64,000 bases of DNA from contig OX597817.1 of NCBI GenBank assembly GCA_951406725.2, positions 72,912,001-72,976,000 on the forward strand, read 5' to 3'. Each line of letters begins with the position of its first letter. The stretch's first letter is position 1. The notes under the pieces are model-generated. The model did not search any database. It had not been told where the DNA came from and worked only from the letters and a program-made list of their open reading frames with translations. Of the stretch, positions 1 to 13,980 are shown in pieces. Origin of the DNA: Octopus vulgaris. Lineage: Eukaryota. A program made the position numbers and the translations under genes.

Positions 1-350
1 TCTAGCACAACATCACCTCCTTCAATGCCCCATCCGCTCTCAATGGATCTTTGTCTTGCAAGTTACTTGGTGACCCTGTCAGTGCTGGTGACACATAAAT
101 GGTATCCAGTCCAAACTGTAAATGGTTGGCAATTGAAAGTGCATCCAGCACTAATCTTGCCTGTGCTGGTGCCATGTAAAAAGCACTCAGTCCACTCTGC
201 CGAGTGGTTGGTGTTAGGAAGGGCATCCAGCCATAAAAACCATGCCAAAACAGACAGTGAAGCATGGTGCAGTTTTCTACCTACCCAGTTCCTATCAAAT
301 TGTCCAACCCATGCCAGCATGGAAAGCAGATGTTAAATGATGATGATGTT
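1..350 (+). mobile_element. 3' end of a retroposon with the shared tail ending in (GAT)n
   Basis: Contains GGTGCCATGTAAAAAGCAC...GAGTGGTTGGTGTTAGGAAGGGCATCCAGC...CCAACCCATGCCAGCATGGAAAGCAGATGTTAAATGATGATGATG, the same tail as at 42180-42365. The first 90 bp match the reverse complement of about 32725-32810. Confidence 0.75.
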
Positions 351-565
351 TAAATGATTGGAAATATAAGTCTGAGGTTTTGATGCTGTCCTAGTGAGGA
401 TCTGATTGAAGAGTTTGGAATTTAAAAAAGTAGGAAAAATCTTTTCAATATAAATAAAGTAGAAGTATACAAAAATAAACATTAGTTTTGTTTTACTTTG
501 AAAAATAAAAACTTACTTTATGGTTTAGTATTATTTATATATATGTGGGCACCAAAATTTTTCAA

Positions 566-574
<9 letters not shown>

Positions 575-621
<47 letters not shown>
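575..621. repeat. (TA)n microsatellite
   Basis: Direct read. Other long (TA)n tracts lie at about 33965-34000, 43185-43220, 46467-46537 and 52250-52288. Confidence 0.95.
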
Positions 622-626
<5 letters not shown>

Positions 627-1353
627 CACACACATAACCATTGGGATGAAAAAAATTATCATCTGAATAATATATATAATATAGCTGCTAACAAAACAGG
701 ATATATTACAGATCATATTTTCTGACAGATAAATCTATACCAATGTCCTTGTGCACTGCTATAGATTTAGTCTCAGATACCAAGATGTAGGTAAGTAGAT
801 AGATTGATAGTTGACAGCAGAGAAGAAAGGTACATAGGTAGAGAAATGATTAAGAAAGATAGACACATAGATGAAGACAGAGATGAAAATAGATTTTACT
901 TTATTTTATTATTCTTTTACTTTGTTTGGAGAACAGAGGTGACTTAAAGTGATTCCAACTGTGCCAAATTATGCAAAAATTATTTGGGAATATGAGAGAA
1001 AAAAAGAAAGAAAAAAAGGAAAATAATTGAAGGTGAAGGAAAGCTGATAGATAAGGATTAAAAGGTTTCTAAAACTGAATATAGTTTTAAAGAGTCCCCA
1101 TGATAAGCTTTTATAAAATAAAATAAAAATAAATTAATTAAAATAAAAAATAAAATTGGATACGCAGATTTTTATTTTATTTGAAGATTTCAATGAAATT
1201 ATGAGCTTGACATAGAAGCAGAGATAGAGAAAGAAAGAGAACATGAGAAAGCTAAACCATAGATATACATGTGTACATACCTACATATATATGTATGTGT
1301 TTGCATGTGTGCAAGGGAAGAGGAAGAATGTATCAAATGATTTAATTTCAAAC

Positions 1354-1355
<2 letters not shown>

Positions 1356-1418
<63 letters not shown>
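1356..1418. repeat. (GA)n microsatellite
   Basis: Direct read. Similar tracts at about 8059-8112 and 19575-19618. These are the source of the poly-ER and poly-LS pseudo-ORFs. Confidence 0.95.
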
Positions 1419-1421
<3 letters not shown>

Positions 1422-1973
1422 CACAACAAAACCAAAATAGAAAATAAACAATATTATTCCTGATTTATTTATTTATTAACTGATTTACTGGGAAACATTC
1501 TATGACATTATTGATTAGAATAAGAAAATAAATCAAGGACGGCAAATTGACAGAAACAGGAGAATGTGGAAACTAAATTCTTTACAGTTTACAATATTTA
1601 ATTTCACCTTTCACTGTTGAGAGAGTTTAAGCCTTGCTAGGTTTGAAATTACTATCTTTCTAATGTCAATAGCAAATGTCATAAGTACCAGTAATATCCT
1701 GGGACCAATATAATTGACTGCATCCTTCCACTTTCACTTTACTGGCCCCATAAACCAATAAGAGAACTTCTATGTCAATGGCTCTTAAATTTCCGTGTGT
1801 GACACATTGGAAATAAAGGAAACATTAAAAAACAATGAATAAATGTAAAAAAAAAATACTATTGTTTATTCTACTTTATTTGTTATGCTTGTGTATAGGA
1901 AAATTAATGCACCATTTGAGAAGTGTCCCTCTATATGATGACTCAAATTGCTTGGAATAGCTACAAAATCTTA

Positions 1974-2190
1974 AGGCAGTGAGCTGGCAAGACTGTTAGC
2001 ATGATGGACAAAATGCTTAATGGCATTTCATCTGTCTCCACATTGTGAGTTTAAATTCTGCCAAAGTCAACTTTGCCTTTCATTCTTTCAGGGTCAATAA
2101 AATAAGTACCAGTTGAGTACTGGGGTCAATGTAACCAACTTCCCCCCTTCCCCAAAACTGCTGGCTTTGTGTTAAAATTTGAAACCAATA
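1974..2190 (+). mobile_element. tRNA-derived SINE, family B (GGCGGTGAGCTGGCAGAA head)
   Basis: Head GGCAGTGAGCTGGCAAGACTGTTAGCA, B-box-like GAGTTTAAATTC, core CTTTGCCTTTCATTCTTTCAGGGTCAATAAAATAAGTACCAG. Many copies in the window. Confidence 0.8.
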
Positions 2191-3497
2191 TCTACAAAAT
2201 CTCCTCATAACCCTGCTGTCTTAATGAAGTCTGCAAAAAAGAAAATGTGATGTTGAAAAAATGTGATGGATAATTATCACAAAAAGTGGTCTATTCAATC
2301 AGAGGAAAAAAGATAGTGCAGTGCAGTGCAAACACCTAGGAGTTCAATCCCAGGCAAGGCACTAAGGTAATTCACAAAAAAATCAACTGAATCAAAAGAA
2401 TGTCACTAAACGCAGAGTGGAATAAGGACAGTGTACCCCCATGAATCAAATAAAGGGTTAGGTTCAAAATTACTATACAACAACTGAGTTCAATACAGGA
2501 AACTTGAAGAAGGCTGGAGCATACAATGGTCAAAACATGAAATCAATAATCAAGATGAGGACACTGGTCTGATTAATGTAAACAGTATACTTAATATAGG
2601 TTCCTCATCACACAATCATTCAGCCTGCTAGAAATACCAGCTAAATTTCCTCACTATCATTACAGAAATGGAAGAATATTCAGAACAAGCTAGTCTTAGA
2701 TAAAACAGAACAGAAGAAAGGAAGGTCATAGAAGGAGCACCTCTCTGACTACCTATGTGCCATTGCTCTGCTGGATCAGGCCTGACCTGTGGTAGGATGG
2801 GGAGGGGGGAGGGGGGGTCACACAACAACATTAACAATGGTTTCTAACATAGGCACAAAGTATCAAACAACTTGGAAAGACAGACATAGTCAATTAAATT
2901 GAAAACGGTTCTTAATAGTACTTCATTTTGTCCAATACCAGAACAATGAAAAAGCAACGTTGACCTCAGTAGGATTTGAAACCAAAATGCAATGAGGACA
3001 ACAAAATACTGTAAGACATTTTATTTTTCCCACCAGTCTATTAATTCACTACTTCAATTATAAATAGGAAAAATAGAAAAAAAACATGATGGCCATCACA
3101 GCTGAAATGCCACTCCACTATCTCCAATGGCTCAATTTGATGAGAGCTGACATGAGGTCACATAAAAATATCATAATGAGCCAACAAGTAAATCTCTCAG
3201 TGGTCGTTTAGCCTGCTAGAAATAGCAGTCAAATTTTCCTTGGATCACATTTTACTGTTAGAGTATTAGTTAATAAATACTGCATTACCCAGGGATGCTG
3301 CTTTTTTTTTTATAGTTTCTTTTGGATAAATTGAAAAATGGTTCTTATAATTTAGCCATGATAAATTGCATGCTGATTAAAAAAAAGCACACATTTTAAA
3401 TGCAGTAATAGATAAACATAGATATAGAATGGTGATGCTTTTGACAGTAGGTCTGCTGGATCAGGGCTGATCAGAGGATAAACAAAGTCATGTTTGA

Positions 3498-3929
3498 CTT
3501 TTTTTGTTACCATATTTCTGTTGAAATACACTGTCCATGTTTCAATTAACTTTGAAAATAATGAAAAATGTGGTAAACTTTGACAGTATTAAAATGTTTG
3601 CAACTTAGATTGATATGAAATTTTGATGGAAGGTTTTAATGCGGATAACCTTGAGATAGGAATTTTATATCATGGACAAGGGGAGTGTTTCAGGCTGGTT
3701 GATATCAAAATGGTTAACTCTTTTGTCACTATATTTCTGTTACACTAAACTGTGCTTGTTTCACTTAATTTTGAAAATAATAAAGAATTTAGTAAAAATA
3801 AATTATCATTAAGCTGGTTTTTTGAAGCATCAACATGAAATTTTGATAGGTTTTAATTTAGGTCACTTTAAAACAGGAAGTTTGTATCACAACAACAGGG
3901 TGGTCTCGGGTAGATTGGTATCAAAAGGG
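3498..3929 (-). mobile_element. Two tandem piggyBac-like MITE copies sharing a central TTAA
   Basis: Two similar units of about 215 bp joined at TTAA 3714-3717. The second ends AAAAGGG-TTAA. Both match the reverse complement of the TTAA-flanked element at 61937-62156. Confidence 0.7.
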
Positions 3930-6900
3930 TTAATAAAACACAAGTACACTACCTAAATAGTGTAGTAAGAAGAGGTATGCAAGAAGTGAAGTACTAGTAT
4001 ATAAGTGTGATAAGTAAATATCTACACAAAAGCACATACTAAATATTTGAAAGAAAATCAAGCCAAAATTTATATGAGATTAGGAAGCAAAACAGGGAAT
4101 ATTCTTCATACATTAAAAATGAACGTTGATTTATTTTATTTTAGTCTTTATTTCTTCTTATGTTTTCTTTTTTTTTTATCCTCCTTTAAATATTGTAAAT
4201 ATATTCAGCTGTTGCTTTGGAAATGTCAGATTACATTTGTATCATTAGATCATCTGGTCATTGAGGAAGGAATAGCTAAGCATACGTGTGCATACATCCA
4301 GATATTGATACAAACATATATACACATGCAAGCAAGTATATATATACACACACATTCATTCATACATGCATATATAAATACATGCAAACATATGCATATA
4401 TGTATAATACATACATGCATAAACATATGCATATATATATAAATGCAAATACATGCATATAGAATACACACACATATACATACATGTATACATTCACTCT
4501 TACCCACAATGTTTTTGGAAGATGATATAAAAGCATTTGTTATAGTGCCAACACTTGGAATTCTTCATCTATTTGACTCTTGTAGAGAAAGAACATGATA
4601 ATAAAACTGAGATTTAACAGAATTTCTTTTTCCACTCCCAATCAACAATAATTGTAGAGATTTAAAGAATTATCATATTGTGTCTTTTCATGATTAATTG
4701 CAGACAATGGAAGAGATATCTCCTTTGTTGTAGTTATTGGTCATAAGCAAACCTAGTTCAGATCAAGCAGAACTCTAGTTAAAAAGATTCCAGCCATAAC
4801 AGTTTAATCTCCTTTTCTCTTTTTTCTTCCAGCTTGTCCAATGAGTCTCTCATCCTTTTTCTAAGGATGGCAGGATGTGAAATGAGAAAGATTTGGCTGT
4901 TATTTCTTGCAGGACAAATGACCAAGTAGAGAATTTCCCTTATTGGCATGTCATGTAATATTACTGTATACAATACATCTCAACAAAGATGTTGATTTAT
5001 AACATTCTAATTACACACAACATAGGGGAAGTGACCATCTGACAGGCAAGTAACAGCAGCTAAATGCCCCTCAAATTACACTAAAATCTACAGAAAGAAC
5101 ACAATAGATAATGTAGTCTTAGATATGCCATGCCTGAACATAAATCACATTCGTCATATGCCTTGGGTCATAAATCTACAGGATGAGTGGATCTGAAGGT
5201 AAGCAACAATAACAACTGATTCATCACTGAGAAGCAGAATGGATTATATAAAATAAAATAAAACATTTAACCTCCCTTCATCTAGCATAAAGCAGCTGCC
5301 CTCATTACTGTAGTCCCATTCAGTGGGCTACCTCACTAGTACTGGTGCCATGAATAAATGAATAAACCATAGCTCCATTACTGGATATGGACAACAACAA
5401 TAATTGTTACATGTCAAACTTTAAGAAAGTCTTGCATATTTTTACTGTTCCACTTACAAGTTGAAAATCCAAGCTTCTCCAGATTATGACTTAGACATTT
5501 ACTGACAGAACCAGCTGTATATTTATGACCATGTTAGAAGAGTTGCAGTTTACAAAGCAGTTGTTCATAGAAGACATGTTCACATCTGCAGGGCAACTAA
5601 ACTATGACTGCACATGACATTTTGGTCCTAAATAACTATGTCAGGTCAGTTACATTTGCACAGGCTTTCACAAACGTTTCATCTACATAATTTCACTCAC
5701 AAGATAGAATTGGATCAAACCTAGAATAATATGGTAGCAAACCAAACTCCTAGACCACACAGCCATGCCTGCACACGTATCTTCATGTTATTAACACTTT
5801 GGGATCAACATGTTTAAGATGCTTTAAGTCTATACAACTTCAAAAGTAAATGCAAACAAAGAGCTTACACTGAAGCAGTCAAGTGTAACAGATTTAAGCT
5901 GACAAAGAAGCTAGATGTTAGCTCTGCCACAATTGCTTCAGTTATGAAATTGGAGGACTTCAAAGGGCAAAACTATCGATTATTTTCTTTTTTCCTATTG
6001 GGATGTTTTCACTGGGCCAATAGAATCATTGATTAGACTGAAACCATTGATGATTATTACAATGCTTTCAGCAAATCAATATAATATTGTATTAGTTTTC
6101 ATGGCTCATCATGTGAACAACCTGCTTTGTTTCCTTCAAAGCCCACAAACACACTGTTTATAAAACCATTTTCCCAACTGAAGGTAAAACGGTCTAAAAC
6201 AGCAAGGATATGATCTGAAAATAGAAAGCTGGGGATCCTGTTTCAAAAGAGAGACTAGCTTTAATTTAACTTTAAAAACTTTACTAAAAACCAATATGTT
6301 TCCTTTTTATTTCTAATTTATATTGTTGTATTCATGGATTTTATTTGTTTTGAACTACAATGACTCCCTAGATTAACAAACATTTGATTAAAATGAATAA
6401 CTTCTGAGTAATTTATTCTCTAAAATAGCATTTGAATAGCTTAGCTGTTATTTTTATTTTTGTAGTATTTGGAAGAGCAAAATATATTATTTATTTCTCC
6501 CATCTTCCTCTGAAAATTGGACTCAGATTTATTAAGAATTTAATTTTGAAAATAAACAGGAGTGGTACTGCTTTTTTTCTCTTTACCAACCTCTCAATTA
6601 CTCTGTTTCCTCACAGAGATATAAACTGAAGCAAGTAATATATACAACCCAAGAACACAATGAAGTATCTTTCAATATGATGTGAATTCCTGTCATAAAC
6701 ACCAAGCATTTTCTGATATGAGATCCATGGATTTATTTCCAATCCTATTTAGATTAGAAGTCTGTAGTGTCAACCAAATCCAAAGAGAATAAAAATGTCC
6801 ATTTGTTAAAGACTATCATTATATCATTGTTCAGTCTTTGGAAATAGCTGTCAAATCTCCCTCAAGTTACACTGTAGCATTTAAAAATACAAAAGGATTA

Positions 6901-7149
6901 AACAATGTGAATCTATATTTGAAAAAATGAAGGGATGGTCATCACTAGAATGTCTTTGTTCAAAGGTGTTTGATTAGTCAGGGCTGATCAGGAACAAAAC
7001 AACAACAATAACAAAATCCATACACAGGAATCAAATCTATCAAAAAGTTGCTTCTTAAGAAAACTAATCAAGAAAGAGCTAAACTAATTTCCATAAGAAC
7101 ATATATAATAACATTGTTGTTAAACCCCAGGTCAGTCCTGATAAGGCTG

Positions 7150-7498
7150 ACTTCTTTTATCTTTTTATTTATTTTAGTCATAAGACTATGGTCATGCTAG
7201 GGCATTGCCTTGATGAATTTTAGTCCACGGAATAAACCCTAGTACTCTTTTTTTTTTTAAATCTGGTACTTATTCTATCAGTCACTTTCATCCAACTGCT
7301 AAGTTATAGGGGATGTAAACACAAACAAACACACCAACACACATATATGATGGACTTTTTTCAGTTATCATCTCCCAATGCCACTCACAAGGTTTTGGCC
7401 ACCCTGGGGCTATAGTAGAAGACACTTGCCTAAAGTTCCACACAGTGGGTTCGAACCTGGAACCTTGTTGAGAAGCAAACTTCTTATTACACAGCCTT
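7150..7498 (-). mobile_element. tRNA-derived SINE, family A
   Basis: Reverse complement of the family A head (GGCTGTGT...GGTTCGAACCCACTGTG...GGCAAGTGTCTTCTACTATAGC) and of its tail. Confidence 0.8.
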
Positions 7499-7774
7499 GT
7501 TGACCACCTTACCCATTGTCAGATACACTGTATGCATCAAATGTTGAAATGGTCACTTGCTTGCTACATACAGTAGCCAAATCTCATTAAATGAAGAAGT
7601 TTTAAACATCAGTAAGAAGAAGAGATGTTCATCTCCTCCCCATTTACACATGTACATTCTTACAAAATGAAAGGACATATATGATAGTCTCAGAAGCTGA
7701 TAAATAGGATAATCATGGCTGGAATATTTTAATCCCAAATCTGCTCAATAAGGACTGACCAGGAGCTAAATAAC

Positions 7775-8056
7775 ACAGAATGAAATGATTGGGTGCAGTT
7801 GTGTAGTTGTTTTGATGCTAATGACTTGGCATGGCTGACAGAACATTCAACCTGTTTTGGTGACAGTACTTTTAGGAATTGGAGGCAAACACACACATTC
7901 ACATAAATGCATGCATGCATGGAAATATAACACATATAGAGAGAGGGGAGGAAGGAAAAGATTAAAATTTATTAACTGAATGCAACTGATATAAACATTT
8001 TCCCTCTCCTCACAAATTAAGAGAAATATACTTAACCACATAAAACGAAGAATGAT

Positions 8057-8115
<59 letters not shown>

Positions 8116-8225
8116 AAGAGAACATGAGAAACAAAAAAAAAACATTTGATGTCAAACAAGTCAGCAGTGAATCAGTGGTAGCAAACAGGCAGTACCAAAA
8201 TAGCTATCACAAAACATTTCAAACC
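7775..8225 (+). repeat. Unclassified old dispersed repeat, copy 1
   Basis: Collinear similarity to 29490-29860 (TTGGCATGGCTGAC, ACAGTACTTTT, AAAGATTA.AATTTATTAA.TGAA, TGAATCAGTG.T). Confidence 0.65.
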
Positions 8226-8369
8226 CCAAATAAAATATAACTGGTTGCCCATAGATTTTTAGCCAACACTGACCTGTTCTCCACAGCTGCAGTGCTAAGG
8301 CTGTATCATCTGGTGAAGAGGATTTACCTACTGACATGCACACATATTTTTCAACTTACATACATATAT

Positions 8370-8688
8370 AGGCATGGCTGTGTGGCAAGAAGCTTGCTTC
8401 CCAACCACATGGTTCTGGGTTCAGTCCCACTGCATGGCACCTTGGGCAAGTGTCTTCTACTGTAGCTCCAGACTGACGAAAGCCTTGCAAGCGGATTTGG
8501 TAGATGGAAACTGAAAGAAGCCTATTATATATACATATGTATGAAACTAATGCTGGTTTGTTTACATCCCTGTAACTTAGCATTTCAGTAAAAAAAGACC
8601 AACAGATTAAGAAAATAGGTACTGGGGCCATTTCATTTGACTAAAACCCCTTGAGGCAGTGCCCAAAGACTGAAACAAATAAAAGATA
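8370..8688 (+). mobile_element. tRNA-derived SINE, family A, near full length
   Basis: A-box-like TGGCTGTGTGG, B-box-like GGTTCAGTCCC, body GGCAAGTGTCTTCTAC...GGATTTGGTAGATGGAAACTGAAAGAAGCC, tail GACTGAAACAAATAAAAGA. Confidence 0.85.
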
Positions 8689-9601
8689 TAATTTTCAGCC
8701 TACATGCACATGTACATGCATACTTTTCTACCTACTTGTAAATGGTATTGATGTCTAAATTTGAATAAGACCTTTTTGTCTTAAAAACTGACATCAGTAT
8801 TAGGAGAAAGAAATATGCAAGCATGCACACACAAGTTTGTCAGTGAATATACATGTACACACACATTGACAAACTTGTTCTTTGTGTTATATTCAATTTT
8901 TCATTATTTATAAAAGCATGTTTAGAGTATTTTTATGTTCTACTTTTTTATAACACAACAAATATTACCATCTGTCTGTAGACATGTGTGTACATGTATG
9001 TGTAATGTGTGTATATATTTACAAGTTTTCATTTGTATGCACAACTTCGTTCAGACTCACATTATATTCTTAACATAACATCAAGACATTCATATATTTT
9101 CCAGTGCCTGTGTTTGTATACATGTACACACAGTTGTACATACATAAAAATAAAAGTTACAATACAGAACATAACAAATTAGTTTGAAAACAGAGATTAA
9201 TTCCACCCACTCAATTCACCCTACTCAACTCCTATATACCCGGTAATATCATAACCTTTGTCCACTGCTTCATCTCATTTACATTTTTTTCTTCCTTTTC
9301 TCTCCAGAAAAATTGTTTAAAACTAAGCAAACAAGGCCTGAAATGTTAGTTACAAAATGATGTACTGTCTAATTCTTTATTCTCATTCAGCTGGTTTCTC
9401 ACAAAATAAAAGCAGGAAGATAAAAGTAAATCAATAAATAAATAAGATGAAACAAAGCAAACCAAACTAATGCAAATTTAATGAGCTAAAATGAGATCTA
9501 TGTGGTCAGTAGTCAACCTGCTGGAAAAACACAAATAGCAACCAAATTTTTCTCTCAAATCAGACTACTATATTTTTTTCTTATGTTTACTGTATGTAAA
9601 G

Positions 9602-9636
<35 letters not shown>

Positions 9637-9681
9637 AAATGAGATGATAAAAGAATAAACAATAATCTTATGAATTTCATT

Positions 9682-9762
9682 AGCTTACAGCTGTTTCTGC
9701 TATAAGATGCAGTGGACTCGTAGTTGAGTGCCTGAATAACACCTTATCGTTTTATCAGAGTC
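9682..9762 (-). ncRNA. Degenerate type I hammerhead-ribozyme-like motif in a repeat fragment
   Basis: Minus strand reads GACT-CTGATAA...ATAAG...CTTAT...GAAACAGCTGTA-AG. It has a palindromic stem III (ACAGCTGT) and a GUA cleavage triplet, but G8 is replaced by A. Confidence 0.55.
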
Positions 9763-9993
9763 TTGAATATGAAGTGCAATTTATTTAGGAAAAGAATTAC
9801 ATTTATACATATATATAGGGGAAAGCATTATCAACGAGAAAGCCAATACAGATGTGTATAAAAAGTGTATATCTAAATGGTAATTAGATCTAACAGTAGA
9901 AATATATGTATATATACACGTACACATGCACTCAAAAACACATGTAGATACACAGACACACACAGAGACATACATACATACATACATATATAT

Positions 9994-10035
<42 letters not shown>

Positions 10036-10309
10036 AACAAAAATATATAGTTCAAAACATCACTATACATGTTTCAATGATATGGTTTCTTCCAAATATG
10101 AGAGTATTAAATAACTTGTAACAAAGCATTACATAAATTCATCCTGTTACATAACCATTCCATTCCATCTCTGAAGGAAGAGAATATTTATAGCAACGCA
10201 GAATGAAACAAGAAAATTGAATACAGAGTAGAAATATTAAATTTTGCAACCAATGGAACAGTTTGATTCTAAAGGCAACTGTATATATGATAAATATATA
10301 TATATATAG

Positions 10310-10628
10310 GTTCAGGTGTAACTATGTGGTTATGAAGCTTGCTTCCCAATGAAAAGTTGTGAATGTTTCATAGACAGAAACTGAAAGAAGCTCATAGTAT
10401 GCACACTTGTCATGACAACAAGTGAAGGTTATAAATGAGCATCACTGTCATACAAGTGATGTTTTCAGTCATCTGTGGAAAATATGTCTGGTCATGAGAA
10501 ATATTACCTAGTTTCAAGACAGGTGTGGGTTAGTCACAAGAAGGGCATTCAGCCTTAAAAAATCCACTTAGACAAATTCCGTCTGACTCATACAAGCATG
10601 GAAAAGTAAATGTTAAATTATGACGATG
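10310..10628 (+). mobile_element. SINE family A head with the alternative RTE-like tail
   Basis: Family A head followed by GAAATATTACC...GAAGGGCATTCAGC...CAAGCATGGAAAAGTAAATGTTAAATTATGACGATG. The same structure occurs at about 20070-20410(-), 39590-39955(-), 48630-49055(+) and 57400-57840(+). Confidence 0.7.
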
Positions 10629-11485
10629 CTTGTTTAGTCAGGAGGGAATGGCAGTGCCTTCAAGACTGGTGGGCGGGAATGAAAATTTCCTCAAACTAGA
10701 TACCTTGCCCAGTGGCTTGTTGCAAAGTGGGCACTGCTAAAGGCACCTAAGTACTAAGTGGTGGTGTTAAGGGTAGTGAAGGATTAAATCAACCACCCAA
10801 GTGAGCCATAGTGGGATTTGAACCCAAAAAGCAAAGAGTCAAAATAAATATTCTAACACCCTAAAGATTTCAGTTGTCTGCTGCCCTCAACTCATTGGCC
10901 CTGCTATATTCAGTAGTACAGTAACATTGAAACACACTGTTAATGCACCAATAATTCATTAATATAGATAAGGATGCATTATGTATGAATGTGCTTGTCC
11001 TCTCCCTAAACACCAATACTTGACAACTGGTGTTGGTTTGTTTACATCCATGTAACTTTTCAGTTTGGCAAATGAAACCAGACCAATAGAAGAAGTGTAA
11101 TTTGTTCAACTAAAACCTTTCAAGGCAGTGTCCCAGCATGGTCACAGTCCAATGACTAAAACAAGTATACGAAAGTAAAAGATGGAAAGCCTTTGACCAT
11201 GAGCCTATTTTGTCAAGCATAACAAAGTTAATAACTATTATTCACAGCCATAGATTCCAACTAAAAGAAAAACATACATCACTAAGCCATTTTTCATTCT
11301 TTTTGTACCACTGAAGATTGTCATATCCATTTAGATTATAATCCACTAGATTATTGGTATGAAGACATGAATTTAGTGGGTATATTTACTAAATAATACA
11401 TATACTTTCCCATCCTAACCATGCACTCTTACAAATAATACGCATATACACCTCAGACTCTCTACACTTCCTGTAAATGAATAAA

Positions 11486-12403
11486 CAGATATGTTCAGTT
11501 TTGCTCACAAATTTTAAAATTATACTTTTTTAACTAAACAGTTTGAAACTTCGTATACAGGTGTAATTTCTCATAGAAGTTATTTCATGTTAAAGTTGTT
11601 GTATTTGGGTAATTTTAACCTATCAATGACATGTATTCAGTTGAAGAAAGTTACTGCTGCTTGCAATAGTAACTGAAGAGGAACAACTTCCAGTTCATCT
11701 CAACTTAATTTTACCCCTCTGTTCAATTTTATTTTTGTTTACTGCCTGTGTTGCCTATTACATGCATTTTATTTTTGTGCTCGTGTCACAGTAACCAGTA
11801 AACATCGAAGAATCAACAGCAACAAGGAAAAAATATTATTTACATATATTTATTCGTTTGTCCAACATGTAGTTAGAAATACAGCAGAAATTGTAGTGGC
11901 AGTGACAAGTTTGCTCACTGGTTGGCAGTTAATAATGTAGAAGTGGCTGTCTGCCAGTAGAGAGGGAAAGAATAAGGAATGCATGGTGCTGACTAGAAAG
12001 GAAGAAAGGATAAAGGTGGCATCGTCTTTCTTGCTGCTGCAAGCTTTTCTTTTGTGTCAGCTATGACCAAAGAGCAATACTTTCCCTTCACCCTTTGCTT
12101 GATATACAAATAGAACAGAGTGGTGACATTTAGTAGAGATGACTTGGTAGTTGTTCTTCTTTGATTACTATTGCAAACAGCAGTAGCTTTCTTCAACTAA
12201 ATACACCTAATCGATTAGTTAAAATTACCCAAATATGACAACTTAAAGACAAAATAACTTCTAATATATGAAATTTTGTCAAAAATGTTGAAAGTAAAAC
12301 ATGTTGAGCATGAGAAATTGCACCAGTACATGAAGTTTCAAACTGTTTAGTTAAAAAAAAATAATTAAAATATCTGTGAGCGAAACTGATCAGATCTGAA
12401 TAA
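11486..12403. mobile_element. Non-autonomous DNA transposon/MITE with long diverged terminal inverted repeats
   Basis: About 11486-11725 is the reverse complement of about 12113-12403 (TTTTTTAACTAAACAGTTTGAAACTTC vs GAAGTTTCAAACTGTTTAGTTAAAAAA; TTTGGGTAATTTTAAC vs GTTAAAATTACCCAAA). Confidence 0.8.
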
Positions 12404-12629
12404 ACATATACCAACTGCCAATACTCTATCAACATTTCATTTTTGAAGAGTGTATTTAATGCCTTAAAATTTGTGCATGTATACAACCATAGAAACATAC
12501 ACACATCATATGCGTGTGTGTGAACAAGAGAGTAGAGGAAACAAATACCTCAGGAAAGTGATATGCATGCTAAATATGCATATAATAGAGATTTTACATA
12601 TTTAAATATAGTGAGTTGAAAAACTTCTT

Positions 12630-13000
12630 TCTTTTTTTCTTTTCTTACTTGTTTCAATCATTGAATTGCAGATATGCTGAGGAGCTGCCTTGAAGGGCTT
12701 AGTTGAACAAATTAACCCCAGTACTTATTTCTTAGTTTGTTACTTATTCAAGTGATCTCCTTTGTCAAACCACTAAGTTACAGGGATGTAAAAGAAAACC
12801 AACACTAGTTGTTAAGCAGTGGTGAGAGACAAACATAAAGATACACATATTCCCCACCACAAAAAAAAACAAAACACTTCCACATAGTTTCTACCAACCA
12901 AATCACTTATAAGGCACTGTAGAAGATAATTTCACAAGGTGTCACACAGTGAGAATGAACCCCCAACCATTTGGTTAAAAAGCAAGATTCTTAACCACAC
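12630..13000 (-). mobile_element. SINE family A, diverged
   Basis: Reverse-complement head and tail motifs as in 8370-8688. Confidence 0.7.
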
Positions 13001-13514
13001 AAACAGACCTATACCAATTATCTATGCTTGCATATATTAAATATCTTTATCACATTGTTTTGATTGATGGACCTCTGGGTTATTGGCCCAGCATGCTTCT
13101 ATTGTATCACTGTAAACTGAGAAATCTGAAAACTACATGCAACACTGATAATTCCTATAATAACAGCTAATCCAAATATTTTGGAAAATAAAAATGTTCA
13201 ATTCATTGTGTTTACAGTTGAGTAGTTATCATAAGGAAAGAAACCAGCTGTAAAAAAATATTTGTCCCAGAAACACCAATATCCAAATTTGATGAAATTG
13301 TCCTCCTGTAGTTAGCATGGATCAACAAATGGATGTAAAATAAGGGGGAAAAAAAACAAAACAAAAACAAATAAACCATTTATTTTTCTTTAAATCTATT
13401 CTTTTATGTATGTTTTGTTTTGATATTTACAGAAGAATAGTTACCATAATAATGCTTTACGGCTTGCTAACAATTTTATTGAAGTTATATGTGTGTGTTC
13501 CTGTAAACACCACT

Positions 13515-13549
<35 letters not shown>

Positions 13550-13980
13550 TGCATGCACATGTGTGTGTATAAAGAAATAGAGACAGAGAAGGCAGACATA
13601 CAAATTTATATAGGGAGGAAAAGAGAGAGTGTGATGGAAGGAGGGAGATTATCTACATTAATATCCATCATCACTGATTTTTATTTTCGTATTTCCACAC
13701 AAGATATAGGTTAGATATGCATACAGAAAAGTCAGACTATAAGAACATCTGTTTTCCAGGTGTGTCTATTCAGCTCTTCATCTGCTGAATGACTGACTGC
13801 AAATGTTGCCCTTACAAATCAGCTGAACTTTTGATTTAGCTGCATATTACATCATAGGAATGAACCTAGCCTAGGAAGAGAGGCTCTATGATGTGGTTTA
13901 TTGGCCTGCTAAAAAGAGCAGTCAACTTTCCCTCAAATTACACACTAGTCTTAAAAGTTCCTTAGCTGATTTTAAGTACG

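Noticed and set aside
10651-10737. CAGTGCC...GGCACTG mini-MITE
   Set aside because: Only a 7-bp inverted match and no target-site duplication.
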